Positions 12,301 to 27,300 of a DNA stretch of 64,000 bases are shown in pieces. The notes beneath the pieces are model-generated. The model did no database searches, had not been told where the DNA came from, and saw only the letters and a list, made by a program, of their open reading frames with translations. The translations under genes were made by a program, and so were the position numbers. Each line of letters opens with the position of its first letter. Position 1 is the stretch's first letter. Location of the stretch: positions 577,520-641,519 of the forward strand of contig NMRA01000159.1 in NCBI GenBank assembly GCA_002633005.1, written 5' to 3'. This DNA comes from Phoronis australis (Eukaryota; Animalia; Phoronida).

Positions 12301-15300
12301 TCAACACATTATGTTCAATGGATATTTAAGATGGGCTTGATCTTTCAGTGGACTACAAATCATGGTGCAAATGTACTCAGAATAAACTAAACAGACTCAA
12401 CCAGTGGTGAAGTTTTGACGCAAGAAAGTATGGCTAAGCACAATGACGACAAATTACCCTTCGACTAAGAAATCGACAGCAATGCAGTTTTACAGTGAAA
12501 AAAAATTAAATTCATAATGAGCAACTACGTGTAGTTAGACATAACAACAGCAAATTAATCACTGACGAGAGCAAAAGTGATGCTCCACTAAGATAACAGA
12601 CAGTTTGATAGATTTAGAAGTAGATGTTTAAATTTTAAACGTTGTTGAAAACTGTTACCTTTTTCTGATTCATTGTTTGCTTACAGTTCCGTCTTACTGC
12701 TCAACAAAATTTACGCAAGGCACATCCAAGTAGTACGAATTTTTTGTCATATGTTTATTTCAATTTGAAAACCACATACCCAGCCGGCAGTCCAAACTCC
12801 ACGGATTGACACAGTAGTTGAGACGAAGAAGAGTTCTTCTGTTGCACGATGCACGCCACACAACCCAGCGTTTTCATGCACATGCTCTCACTCGTTACCA
12901 TAGTGCAGAGGTCAGAGGGCATTGTCAGCTTGGTCTCTGCGGCAACAGTGCGTCCATCGAACCCCCCAAAAATATAGAAGGAGTCTCCCGATTGGAAAGC
13001 CACTGGAGCAATCACAGACGGGTGATGAGGACCAATGACTTGATGGACTGAAATAACACAGAGCCATTGTCATCAACGTTGGATTAATACCCTCTGTGGT
13101 TAAACAGATAAACTTATCATTCACTAGGTGTGCGCGTTAAGCCCACTTCAACAGACCGTATGTGTTCAAAAGTCGAATTGTTAAAAATGTACAGTGGGTA
13201 ATTAAAAGTATGGGGAGAATACGACAGAATTATAGCTAACACAAGTACAATAAACACAAAACTGTTGGTTCTCACATACGTGGAGGGGGTCAGCTAATCG
13301 TAGAATGTAACCAGGTGGCAGCACTGTGTTATGGCAACAGAATGGATTCATGTTTAGTGGCAATGCACAATTTGTCACATCTCAAAATTTTCAAAATGTC
13401 ACAAGGAAGTTTTAATTTTCACAGCATTTTGGTGCTTCTTGTATGTACAAATTTGCTATTGTCACAAAAACAAGACACAATATTCTGTTAGAAACAACCA
13501 TGAATGACATCAAAAGGAACTGCCACTTGATGTAGCATAAAATATCTGAAAAGCCAACAAAACACTAACAGTAACTACTTGGCTCACATTTTGTCACACA
13601 ATTCTCAAAATGCTTCAAAATTTCAGGCAAGCAAGTTTTGTCACAATGTCACTGTGCCATGGGAACGCATTCTGTGACATTTGTAAAAAACAATAATACT
13701 GTATTCGCACTAATAAGTGCCAACTGTACGTAGCCTAGGGAAATCGTTAAAAGGAAGGTACACCTAACTTGAGAAATGCGTAGTATCCGAAGTACGACTA
13801 CATATTGATAAGCTTGCTTGCAACGATCGTGCACCATGTATTACCAGATACTTGTGAATAGCAGTTATCAAACTGACCAACACATGGCGGCATAATGTTT
13901 GTTAACCCTTTCACGACCACAGGTGACGAAATCAATCTAAAGCTTTACCTCCATTCAACATTACAGACTGCTAAAAACAGGCGAATTAGATGCGCATTAA
14001 GTAAGTTAAAGATGATATGTCTCAATAAATTGTGAATATTCAAATGATTGGAAGTACTAGTTTACAAACAAGCCCGGGTGTCAGGTGTGCCGGAAGCCAT
14101 CCGAGAACCAGTTACCGTTACAATCTCACGAAAGTCTTGTGCGAGACTATTTCATGTAAATGAGTGTGGTAATATTTCATCGTCACCCTAATGAAACAAG
14201 ACAGTTTTTATTATTTGTTTATTTCACTATGAAATAACGATTGCATACTATTTGGAATTATTAACTTTTTTACATGTTGACATTATTGTATTTAAGAGTA
14301 TCAGTTATGGTGTTTTCTTAAAAACCGTAATTTATTTACAAATTAATTGTTTCTTACCTGATTATACTTGTACACGCAGTTCTCCAGCTAGTCACTATGT
14401 GGTGCTTCATACAAATTTGAATATTCAAAGTTGTAATGAGACATAGCATCTTTAACCAATTAGAGCATTGTTACATAATCACTTACAGCTAGATGACAAG
14501 TCCAACCACTGATTGCACATGAATCGGTAGGCCATGACAGATGATGAGTAACCATGGTTACCAGTTCGTCCACCAATCACAAGCATGTAATTTTTGTTGG
14601 CAACAGCCGAGTGAAAGTATCGCGTGGGAGGCTGTAAAGACAGGGATAGCCAATCAGAATACAGACATGCAAGTAGAATAATGCACAGAAATTTAAAGCT
14701 ATGTGCATACTACGCATCGCCATCTTTGAAAAACATTCATTTGTTTTCTTAATATTTTGGGGTGAATCCCATGGTTATTTTTCTTGAACAGCGACTAAGC
14801 GCCCTAATTACACATGATAAAATCCCGTACCAAAGGTCTATAGCGGTAAGGTTCAATGTAAACTTGCCACCTACGATTACTTGATACAAATTGAAGCTGG
14901 CAAATACAGCTTGAACTAGTTAGTGCTATAAGTCTAGCACTTCAAAAAGTACTTTACCAAGGAATGCCTTTTACACATTTTCTGACAGTTGAGTGGATTC
15001 CCTAATTTTACAGAATATTGCTTTTTTTACTGCAAGCTGGCAACACATGAATGGCATAGCGGATAGAATGGAGATTTTGCATGAAGACATGCTAAGCAAA
15101 CAACGGGTAATAGACAGAATTTAGATTACTGCTAAATAAAGTATGACAAGCCTAGATATACACTGGGATCTTACAAGCAGTGAACGTGTTTCCTCAAACA
15201 TTGTAGACTTACGAAAAGCACATTTCCGAGAAAATGCAAAAAACATGGCTGCCATTACCTCATTTCCTGGTTCTGCTGGCACAACATGCCACGTCAGCGA

Positions 15301-18300
15301 CGATGTATGAAGGTCAAGGCCATAAATGCTGTTGGACGGTATGAACTTGTCAACAATGAACAGGACCCCGCCAAAGACGTAGAGCGAGTTGGATGACTGG
15401 TGATAGATGGCGCTGTGTCCATACAAGCCTGAAGTGAAGGAAAGGGAGTATCTTGAAAACAATCAGTTTGATAAATTTTATCACAAAAATGAACATCCAT
15501 ACAACCTCAAAATTGATTAACACGAACGCAAGTGAATAGGCAAATCCTGGATTGAGCTCTCCTCTTTTGTGGGTGTAGGAAAAACTCGCAGCATGACTGG
15601 CCTACTTTTCAAAATGTCAGACACTCCTGAGTTAATTAACAAACTTAAGGAATGACAATAGCATGCAGGTCCAGCACTGATATTCGCCCTTTTGGTGTCA
15701 CCAATGCAAGTTAAAAATGCAATAGGACAACTTACCGCTCGACGTCTGCCACGACTGAAGTTTGTTTGTTATGGAGCTCATCGACAACTCTCGAGTTAAA
15801 GCGGCGATAAACACGCCTTCCGTCAAAAAAACAAAATTAGATTCAGACCACTTACACCCTAATGAAATTGGTCTCAATTTTGTTTCTTTAGACAAGTTTG
15901 AAATCATGTCAAGGCTTTGAAATTACGAAAAGTCATCACAGCTCAAGACCACAGATGTCACTTTATGCACTGAGCATGCTCAGTTCTTAGCAGACCCAGA
16001 AATCACCCGTAACATTCTTAGCAGACCCAGAAATTACCCGTAACATAAGTAACAGATAAGGACCACTTCACAGCGGTAAGTGGTTTACAATCGCCTTAAC
16101 TCGTCTCAGACTAGGTTGTAGATTCTTTGGCCACAAGAACGCGCACAACCTTAGCCTAACATTTCCTACACTTACCAGTAGGCATGGTTCCTTTGATAGC
16201 CAGCTGTTGCCAGGAATTGCTGCTTGTGTCGTACAGATAGGTGGCGTTACCGAAGTAGTAAGTAGAGCTAAATCCGCCAAACACAACAATGGTTTTATCA
16301 CTGATCAGGGTCATTGAGTGCGCAGCCAATGGGGGCACAGAGAAGGTCATCTGAAAGGCAAACCACAGGTCCAAGGTCACAGAAGGGAAAACAAACGAAA
16401 CAAAAAATGTTATTACAAACACAAATAATTAGGCTTATTTTATGCTACAGATTTGACACAAATTCAAGACCAGTTTCTTTTCCTACCGTTTATGTACATA
16501 TTTAGGTTCAGGCACCAATATGTAAAGCTGCACCTATATAAGGTGCATGTCGCTAAATGTGAAATGCATAATCAATCAAAGAGACAGTTTTTAATTAGAG
16601 AGTGAAACTTGTTAACATATCGATTACAAACAGCCATAACAAAAACAGTCAGCAGCATCTGTTCTTAAAGGCCAGACCATAGTACGACACATTCCTCACA
16701 AGATCAGCAAAACTTTTGCGTTCTTTTTGAGGCAAGGCAGAAGTTTGAGGTGTATATTCACAGCTAAATACCGACATAGCGGTGAGGCTCGTGGTCAACA
16801 CATTCTGCGCAAAATGATTTTTTTCAGGTCTGTCGGTATTATTGATAAATTGAAGACGTTACTGTAGAACACATTCATGGACTGGGCGCTTATTTTAGCA
16901 AAGTCTGAAAATGCGTGAGGTGCGCTTATAGGGGCATGGCGGTTATTAGGGCGAGTACGCTAGGTGCCTGCAGCACACCAATACAAACTTTTTTTGGAAA
17001 CAATTTAATCCATTATTTCGGATACAGCTACGTGAACCTCACTACCGGGGTATACGATAAAACTTCCCTGGAGGACTTATGGGTAATGCAAGTCTAACTA
17101 GTAAAAGGAAACATTACAGTGACGAGACAAATGAATTCCTTCAAGGTCCAGTCTTTTGTGGCTGTAAAAACATGCACAAGAACTTTATTGTTCAAAACGA
17201 ATCTACTTCATTAACACCACGATAACTTGATTAGATCCACTTCACTTTGTCACTTACACTTATAGGCGTCCATCTTTGGAAGCCAATGTTGAAGCGCCAC
17301 ATTTCGTTACTGGCTGTCACGTGACCAAGAGTATCCAACACGAAGCCACCATAGACATAGATAACGTTCTCAATGGGTAGACACACGGCAGCATGGAAAT
17401 ACCTGAAAGATTAGACAGTCTCGACTCAGATTGCAAACATTGGGCAACGTGAAAATTTACGTGCAAGGTTACATAGGAACTTAAAAAAATGCCTGAATTA
17501 GGGTAAATTCGCAACATCATATCTCACAAATGGCTGATCATATTCGTGTGAATCTTTCACACATTATGCTTTGTGTTTTGTTCTCCAAAATGCTGTTAGG
17601 ACTTTGTGTTTACAATGACTCATTTTTGCATAATAGACTGGCAACAAATAGGACTTGAATGTTTTTTTTCAACAAAAAATTATAAGTTGCATAACACAAA
17701 AAAATAAAATGGCAACTAACAGTATTCTGAGATTTCAGCGTGAACGTTTATATCAAATGAAATTTGACCCCGTTATTGCTCCATTGTTTCGCTTAGAATA
17801 TGCCTTTCTTTTTTTGTTGAAGTTCAATAAAAAGACAAGGTCACGTGACCCAGTTAATAATAGATTGACATAAAGTCAAAAATCAAATTCTACAGGCTTT
17901 CTAGTTTGAGAAAACATTAATCATTTACAGTCATAAAATCTACAGCTGTATAGCTATTTGGCTTAATATGAGGAATTGTCAACATGACCTTGAAGGCACC
18001 CCTTCTTGTGGTTTGGAAATAACTCGACTATGACCAGAGTCAATACATTAAACTACAAGGGATCACCACAAGGCTACGATCAGACTCATTACATTAGACT
18101 ACAGGGGTCAGCACAAGCCCTTTTATATGAACATGAATGCAGTGAACATTTTTAGACAGCAAACTTTGATGAGCTCTTTCTAAGTTGACAGCAAGGACCT
18201 CAAAGGGGGAAGACAATGCAACACAACATAGCTTCACTTGTAAGAATGAGTTTCATTTGCAATGCAATATATGTCATAATCATTGCATCGTTGAATTTTC

Positions 18301-21300
18301 TTGTTTTGGTCAAATTCCACTCACTGACTTTTCTCTGAATTTCCTTTCAAATTTCAAAATAACTAAATCAAAACTGAATGATCCAGGCACAATATCGTCG
18401 ACTAACTTAATATTGTTGACTATCTTTGAAATGGCAACTGTCATTTGTCAACGTCTTACCTTCCATCAGGCTTGTTGCCACCAGAGGTCACTACTTTTGT
18501 CCACGTGCTCGTGTTGACATTGTACTTCCAGACTTCATCCGTAATACCGTGGGTAAACAGCAATCCGAACATGAGGTAGAAGTTGACGTTATCACACGTA
18601 ACCATGGTGTGACCCATTCGACCGAGGCTGTCATTGCGGTTGACTGCATTACCCAGCGCTCTCTGTGGATTATTCAACAGGTGGTAGATGGCAGCATTCG
18701 CAGTCGCTATGGTGTCGCATGCTGCGCCGGCGTATCCTAGGTCACAGATACACTGATACTTGGAAACCTGTAGAGACAGAAAAAAGTAACAGGAAAAGAA
18801 GAAAACCTCATGCTCCTTTGTCAAGAGCTTGGAGTGGCCAATGACAAACAAAGAGGAAAATTTCCGGGAGACGTATAATCAAATAAATAAGCTTGTGTGA
18901 TAGAAAAATTTTTGGTGTAGTGAAATTCAACTGAAATAAACGTTTTTACATGAATAAAGTCAAAATAATGATAGAAAGAGACAAAGAGAATGAAAATCAA
19001 ATAAGAGGAAATTAAAGCCAAAAAAGAAGAAATCCTATTAAAAAAGGAAAATTCCAATTCCTGTTTGCTCCATTGTGCAATTACCCTTAATAATCATGTT
19101 CCGTTGAGAAAACTTCATAAACAAGAGGAAAATTTACAGCAGAAAATACAGAGAACTGTGACTTTACTTACCCGCTAAAAAACGTGTGCCAACACAGTTA
19201 GTATGGGTGTTACATAACAAAACTTAGGAAACAAAAGATTTTGTTTTTCACACCCCCAACAAAGTTCTTTCACCCAAATCCTGCACACTGCTACAATATA
19301 ACAACGACCACTTCAAGAACCTAAGATGCATTAGGAAAACTTCAAATTCACCAAAAGACAATGCACGCTTACTTACAAGTGAATTAAGTCACTTGTAGGG
19401 AAACGACGAGACCTTTTTTCCTGAACTTTGAATCTCACTGAAACCAGTTTTAAATCTTGGTCAGACAATATGTTTTTGCGGTGTAAATTGAATAGACCAC
19501 TTGTGAGTTTCTCAACTTAGCAGATAAGTGAGAAAAATCATCGCATATTATCACCATGCAATACCAGGTTGGCAACTGGAAAAAAATCCACCTTGCTGCG
19601 TATCCCACAAAAATTCTACGAGCGACCTTTACGATCGTAAGTCCTAAAACAGCGTCCTGACGACCACCGTTGTCCCAGGTATACACAATGCTTCCATCCC
19701 ATACTCACCAGATCACAGCTGCCATGTCCACTGCAGTTGTTAGGACAGAACTCGATGGCACAGTCGACCCCACCAAAGCCCACCTTGCAAACACACTTGG
19801 AGCCAGAGCACTCGCGGTTCCCTGTACACATGGCCGGACACTGGTTCACGTGATAGCTGGCATTGAAGCCGCGTGTCTGCCCAGTGAGGGTGTTGGCTTC
19901 ATAGTGGATAACCAGGTAGCCGGATTCTGCGACGACCGTCATATCTGCTAGCTCGTCCTTGCCACAAAATGCTCCGAGTAGCTTTGCTGAGTGCTTGGCA
20001 TCAAGGAATGTTGGGATACCATCATAAACGTAGATAAATGCCTGATAAGAAAGGCAAGATAGCTAATCAATTGGTGATACAACTTAAAAAAAGATTAATA
20101 ATACTTTTTGTGAAAATAAGTAAGGTAAAATTTGATTCAGTTCTTCAAGGGACATTCAAGACTCATTGGTCATGTTTTGAATAACTAAAACTGATTCACT
20201 ACCCTCCAGGAAGTTAATGACTGTATAAATCAACTGTCAGTGATAACAGTGTCACATCTCCCACAGAAAATCCCAATTTTATTTTCTGCATTCTAAACAA
20301 AATGCTGTGTTCATGTTACATTTAAAAACAACATCCATGATTCGAAGCACAAATCTGTTATTACCTCGCCACACTCCACCATGATGTCTTTCTCTACGGT
20401 GAACGTGATGGAGGGTACAACTATGCCAGATGGCGGCTCAGTAATGCTGTCGTAGACGGTCAGCATCCACAGACAGTACACGTGGCCAGGGTCAACCACG
20501 CCTTTGCCCTCCAGGGAACCCAGGGTATCTGATGTGATCCCTGTGAAAACGCTGCGCCCTTCGCACTTACGATAGCACATCTTACCATTCCTTCAATAAA
20601 GACATATTATAAGCACCATTCACACTACTTCAAGCAGCATTTATACTACGACACAGCACTGAATAAACCCCAAGAAACATTACGGCATCAACTGCTGTAT
20701 AAGGGCTGAAGACACTTTCTCACCTATTTTAACACCACCTATAATTTTAGCTACTGTCAAATGCAAGAACCAATGATTTCTTTTAAAATAATGTTAGGTC
20801 ACTTTAATCACTCGTCACCGAATTTGCACAGGTTTAACTTGAGCTTTCACACGTAGGAAAAAGGCAAACACTGTTCAATTTTTAATACATGTATCAATTG
20901 TAAATATGTTTACTGTTAGTTAGTGCTGTGTTTGTTGTCTAATGCCATGGATCAGATGACCAATTCATTTCATTTTTACAAAATATTCCACTCCCCTACT
21001 CATAAACCACAGGGTTATTCCAATGATTAAAGATACAAACTCTTGACTACTAGGGCTAATATGAAACCAAACCAAGTCAACTCATTGTGTGACAACATAG
21101 TAAGATGTTCAGGCAGATCTGTCACAAACAGATATCCCAATACTTCAGTCCTAAACAAAACATAATACATGAGACTCTGGTGTATAGTAACTTTGTTGGA
21201 TACATCGGGTGATAATAACCACTGCGAGAAATTTATAGACCAGAAAACACCAACAACCAGTGATATTCACACAAGACCAGTCACTGAATAAAACCACCCT

Positions 21301-24300
21301 CAAATTTCACATGTGTTCCCCCTCCCATACCAGTTTTGTTGGAACAGCCCCCAAAACCAATTCTTGCAAGAAATGTAAAATACCTCGACCTCATATCAAT
21401 GCATTTTCCGTAATATGAAACTACTTTTATCACACTTTATGACTAGACAATTAGTCAGAAATGCAACATAGTGTAACATCAAAGTGACATAATGCAACTT
21501 TGAACCACAGTCAAACTGCTCCGAGTGGAAGGTGCAAACAGAAAAGGATATCAATAAACTATATTGGTAATTGGCAGATAATTAATGAATTCAGATGGCT
21601 ATTTAAGCTGTGCTCTGAACATAATTTAACCAACTGGCTTCAACATGGCTTACACTCATAGTGTTTTTCAATTTCACATAGTTCTCCAGAAGTTTTCCTG
21701 GATATGATCAGGTGCAGATACGGACACCCTGCACAGTCGCTTTTACACCCCTGGACGCATGGAAGAAATCCTGTATCCACAGCTGATCAATTTCACGTTG
21801 TGTGAGTTTTACAGGAAAAATGAATACATAGTAGACTTTGCCAAAGATTGTTGGCATGACATATGATATGACTTACAAAACAAGTTTTAATTCTTGTTTA
21901 ATATTTTCATTCAGTTTTCTTTATTTTTTGGTTTTTTTCAGTTCTCATTTTTCCATGAAAGGAATCAATTCTCGTTTCTTCCTCGTTTCCAGGAACTCCA
22001 TGAAAGGTGATAGGTAACCATGGGGATGCCACTACCTATAAATACCATGGCAACCATTAGAATAGGGGTAGTAACTTACCTGGGGTCACCATAGTAACCA
22101 TCAATACACTTGTCACAGTTGTAACCCTCAGTGTGGTCAGTGCAGTAACATTGTCCAGTGGTGGCATTGCAGTGACCCTCAGCCGCGATCGAGTGATTAT
22201 TGCAGTCACACATGTCACAACCTGTGTCACAAGATAACCGTTCTAGTGAGCACAATTTTCATTCGAACACGTTGTTCTATTTTAATTGACAAAATAATCA
22301 CTGACAAAATTAAGCAAGCTTACGACAGAGACGCACAACGGCCACATCAAGTAAACGTTTTCATGATTATTGTTAGAGAAAGCAATGGCACACAGCTTTA
22401 AGGATTTTTTGTACCCGTACAAAAGATCATATTTCCTGCATCATTTAATTGGTTTAATTTGACTTTTAACCATATTATTTGGCAAACTTGAGTCCAGCAA
22501 CTGTAAGCCAAGGGCTGTTTGGTATGTTTGGTATGTCTGGTATGTTTGGTATGTGTGGTATGTTTGGTATGTCCTGTATGTCTGGTATGTTTGGAAACTA
22601 GATGGAAACTTATAAATGGATTTCCCTCACATCTTCTCCTAGTACTTCTTCAGTAACATCCACTTATTTGGAACTTCTAAACAAATTTAAAATAATTTGA
22701 GACAAATTATTTAGATTTACTATTAAACATTCAATTTTCAATAATAGCAACTGGTACAACGTACTTCAGTCTATACTGCTCCCACCGCTTACAGGGGTCA
22801 AGAATTTTGAGAACCAGTTTTATCCATTGAAAAGCGTGCATCAAACAGCTTCTCAAAATCCGAGACCTCTGTTAGTGACTGTTGCCCTCCCACTTACCCT
22901 TGGGATCGGAAGCGTTGCCCCAGGCGCCAGGGATACATAGCTCACAGTGGTTCCCACGAGTGTTATGCATACACTCATCGCATTTGCCGCTCTTGCAGTG
23001 ACTGTGCAGGTTACAGCCGCAGTCGGTCGTGCAGTTGTCCCCAGTATAACCAATGGAACATTGGCATACAAACGGCTTGGACGGGGAGCAGGAACCGTAC
23101 ACACACTCATGGTAACAGCTGGATGTATAAACAATAACAGTAATATTAATAACAATATCAATAGTAACAATAACCATAATTTTAACAAAACGACATGGAC
23201 ATTCTGATAAGTGCACAAATCTTGCCTATGAAAAGCACTCGTGGCAAATGTAAACCCATTATGCTGAGAATGACAGGCAATTCAATCATCAAAAAATGCT
23301 GACAAATGTCCGGAGTACGCAAATAACAACTCTGCCTAATATTACTTGTAGCTGATTGCCAACCCACTATTCCCCGACTGACTTCTTTACTACCCACAAT
23401 GCCACTCTAACTTTCTGTCTTGGATTAGCATTCCTACTGTTTTAGAAAATCATATGTGTTGAATTGACAAAAGCATCACGGTAACATTGTCCTTCAGATA
23501 ACAATGTCTTTAAGGCAACACAATCCTTCAGGCAACATTGTCCTTTAGGAAATATTGTCCTTTAGGCAACATTGTCCTATAGGCAAGATTGTCCTTCAGG
23601 CAACATTTCTTTTAAGCAACATTGTCCTTTAAACAACACAGTCCTTCACGCAACACTATCCTTAAGACAACATTGTCCTTCAGGCAACATTTTCCTTCAG
23701 GCAACATTGTCCTTCAGGCAACATTGTCCTTCAGGTAATAATTGCCCTTTAGACAACATCGTTCTTTAAGTAAATACAGTCTTTTAAGTACTACTGTGCT
23801 TTAAGTGCCACCTCCCTACAACAGCTTGTACAACGGCGAGTTTGGTACATGGAAATGCAGCATGACCTACAAACAAACATGATTGGCCATTGATGCTTAC
23901 GTCTCCTCACAGTCCTTCTTGCCATCCCCCTTGTAACCACGCTTGCACGTACATGTGAACGAGTCTGGAGTGTTGGTGCAGAATGCATTCACATGACAAT
24001 CATCTAATCCCAGCAGGCATTCTTGCACATCGGGACACTTGACGTACGACCAGTCAGCAGGGTCACTGGAGGTCACATTGGTCGTGTTTGAAAGACTGGA
24101 CGACGCGATAAGAGCAGAACAATTGGTCGATACAGATGGACCTGCATGAACAACCAAAATTAGTATACAGGACAAGTGAGCATCGACATAGGATTGCAAG
24201 ACAAATGATATACTTAATATGGCGCAAACTGTTCACATTGAACTAGTTTTGCAAATGTTCTCGCATTTTCTGTCAACCAACAGAGCTGGGAAGAGTTTCG

Positions 24301-27300
24301 TGATCACTACCATGAATTTTGTGTTAGCGTGATGCAACGTTTCTTAACAACCCGTCAGCCACTTTACTTATCTTTTATATGTCCTCCGCCTTCTAAATTT
24401 TAAACGATGGCGTCTAAATTTTAAACAACGGCGGATATCGGAATAAAGGTAAAAGCATATCTTCGTTACAAAGGACACAATTTCTTAAATACCTCTAAAA
24501 AGATATAAAATTTTCAGAATCCTTGAAGAGAACAGAACTTTTATGTGCACGAAAATAATGCCCATAATATATAAGTAATCATGAGACTGCGATTTTCTAA
24601 AACATCTCGTCTTTTCACGGAGATCGTCCTAATTTGCTATGAAAGCAAGTCTGTCTAGGATTTTTAAGGCTTTCCATGTCCCATTATTTTAGAAAAACTG
24701 ACATCGTGAGATTAGGAGGATCTGTGATGATCAAGGATTAGATCTTTGTCAATAAAGGTATCCTATTACCTTAAAGTTAAGTCAAAAAGCAAGTAACCTA
24801 GATGAAAAATAAATTACTTAGGGTAAAAAATTCTTCAATTTGGAACAAATATATTATCCTGGAATTGCCTTTTCTCGGAAGCTCAAGGCATTGACGTAAA
24901 CGTTCCAAATTAATCGCTGTTTATAGTGAGCTGCACCAAGCAAATAAAGCCATCAACTAAATTACCCTAAAGTTATTTTGCTTATTTTGTTTAAAAAAAG
25001 TTTTAAGTTTAAGTTTTGCTGAGAAATTTGATGACATGAATTTCCACAATGTTGGCTGTATTGACTTTAAAACTGAAAAGCTTTCACAATCATCATTTCA
25101 AAACAAACACCTGACAATTCAGCGACTTTTTACCCTTTTTTCCAACTTTTTTCAAAACTATTTTACGACGCACTATTTCACTCACCCGTGAAGTCACCAT
25201 CTACACACTGACCAATGGTGGGATTGACCACATTACCACACCAACCACAGTGATAGTCACCCAAGCATGACTTGCACGTCTTGTGCTGAGTACAGTCCTG
25301 ACAGGTGCCATAACTGTCAACCCAGCGCCGGCACTGACCGGTGTAGTGACTGGCAACGTAGGCATTGAACGGGAAACAGTTTTGCGTGTTGTCACACCAA
25401 GCGCATTCCTCCTTGACACAGTCAGAGCAAGATGTTCGGCTAAAACAAGGGAGATATATAGGGGTCACACTAGAAGTGCTTCCGCGACCTTTCGTCAGTT
25501 TACTACTTGCCATTTCGATTGCACATTTAAAGAAAGGATTTTGAATTTCAAATTTCAATAAAAAGGTTAAAATATTGCCTTTAAAAAGGATTTTGACGAA
25601 ATTGGTCAGTCATGTTAGCGTTAAAAAATAAAGCTTCATTTCCCCATGAATTGCTGGTTAAAAACGAAATTGAATAAGGCATTGTAGTCTGATAAATCAG
25701 CCTCCTAATGTTTCTTACAGTGACACGATACTATTTATGGTACCAACAAGAGCATCAAAAACACCAGTGACTTAAGAATACCCTTCAAACTTTATTGAGG
25801 TTGGTCAACTCTAAGGTTGTGAACCTAACAAGAGCAACATGGAGCGTTGAAATGCACCCACGAATGCACCGCAAACGATGTGCTTCTAGAGTTGTTCATT
25901 TCTATCATAAAAATGGCAACTAGATGGTGCAAAATGTCAAATCCATCTTAAAACGGAACATACCATCACTTCTTTAATAGAAAGCTATTTACCAAATTTC
26001 ATAAAAATCTGTCAAGGAACTTCAGAGACTCGAAAACAGCAAAAACTGCAACTTGGTAGCCCAAAATGCCTCGAATCCATCCGAAAATGGGAGTATAGCG
26101 TCACCCCACTAATACATGCCTATATACTGAATTGAGAACTTTTGAATATACTGTGATAAACATAATAAATTGCCACAAGGGAAAACACTGGTGGTCAGAT
26201 CCATGCAAAAGTCATCGTCGTTCGTTGTCGATATCCTATAAATAAACTTGCTAAATTTCGTAAAGATCCTGCAAACTGTTTAGGGGATACAGCCATGGGC
26301 GCAAAAAAAAACAGAACTGCCACTATGAGGCACCTAAGTACTCAAAGTCATCGGAAACTCATCGTCACCTATCCTCTTCACAGAAAGAAAATAATGCCAA
26401 TTTTCACAATCATCCTTAGAGAGATTTGGTTGACGGAGGGGTGGACGCCAAAAAACGACTAAAAACAGTAAAAATGGCCACTAGGTGGCGCAACATAACT
26501 CATATCCATAAGAAAACCGGACGAAAGCATCATCTCACCAATAGATGCTTATATTACAAATTTTATGAAAATATGCCGAGGACCTTTAAAGATACAGAGG
26601 TATAACGTAAAAAATAAAATTGCCACCAGGAGGCACCACAGAGTTATAGTATCAAAAATGAAAGCTGACAATATTTCTCACTAAAAATTCGAAGCAGAAA
26701 TTCCCATAAAATTTTCAATAACTTTACTGAAAATACAATTTCATAATCTATTTTGTTTTCTTTAGTCAGGCAACTCATACTCACTTAGAACAAATGTCAG
26801 GGCATGTGTCGGAATTGTCGATGAGGCTGGATTTCAAACTACGTCTCATGCAGGATAGCGAATTTTTATCCCAACCACATGTCGGCTCCTGCAATGCATT
26901 GTTATGTCATTGAAGAAAGGTGCAAGTGAAATACGGTTATTCACACCAATGGCAACACATTGGTTTTCAAACTTACAGCTTCTTTAGCTCTCACAAGTTT
27001 CCATGACTTTTCATCAATTTTAAAATCCAACATTAAGTATTTTTCCCACAAAAAGTACTACTTTCCAGGATGCAACTGACATTTTTCATTATTTGCTTTT
27101 CCCCGCTAAAGCAGCTTCTTGGAAACAGTGCTTATGTTCCATGAGTATACCACAAAAAATATTTTCCAGAATCCAATAATCAAATTTGAAAATTTGTTTT
27201 ACCTACAAAAGTTTCCTCGATTTTCTACACCTTCTCCGTCAAAGAGGGCATTTATGATATCTTCTACTAGAGACTGTTACTCCCTTCTCATGAATGCACC

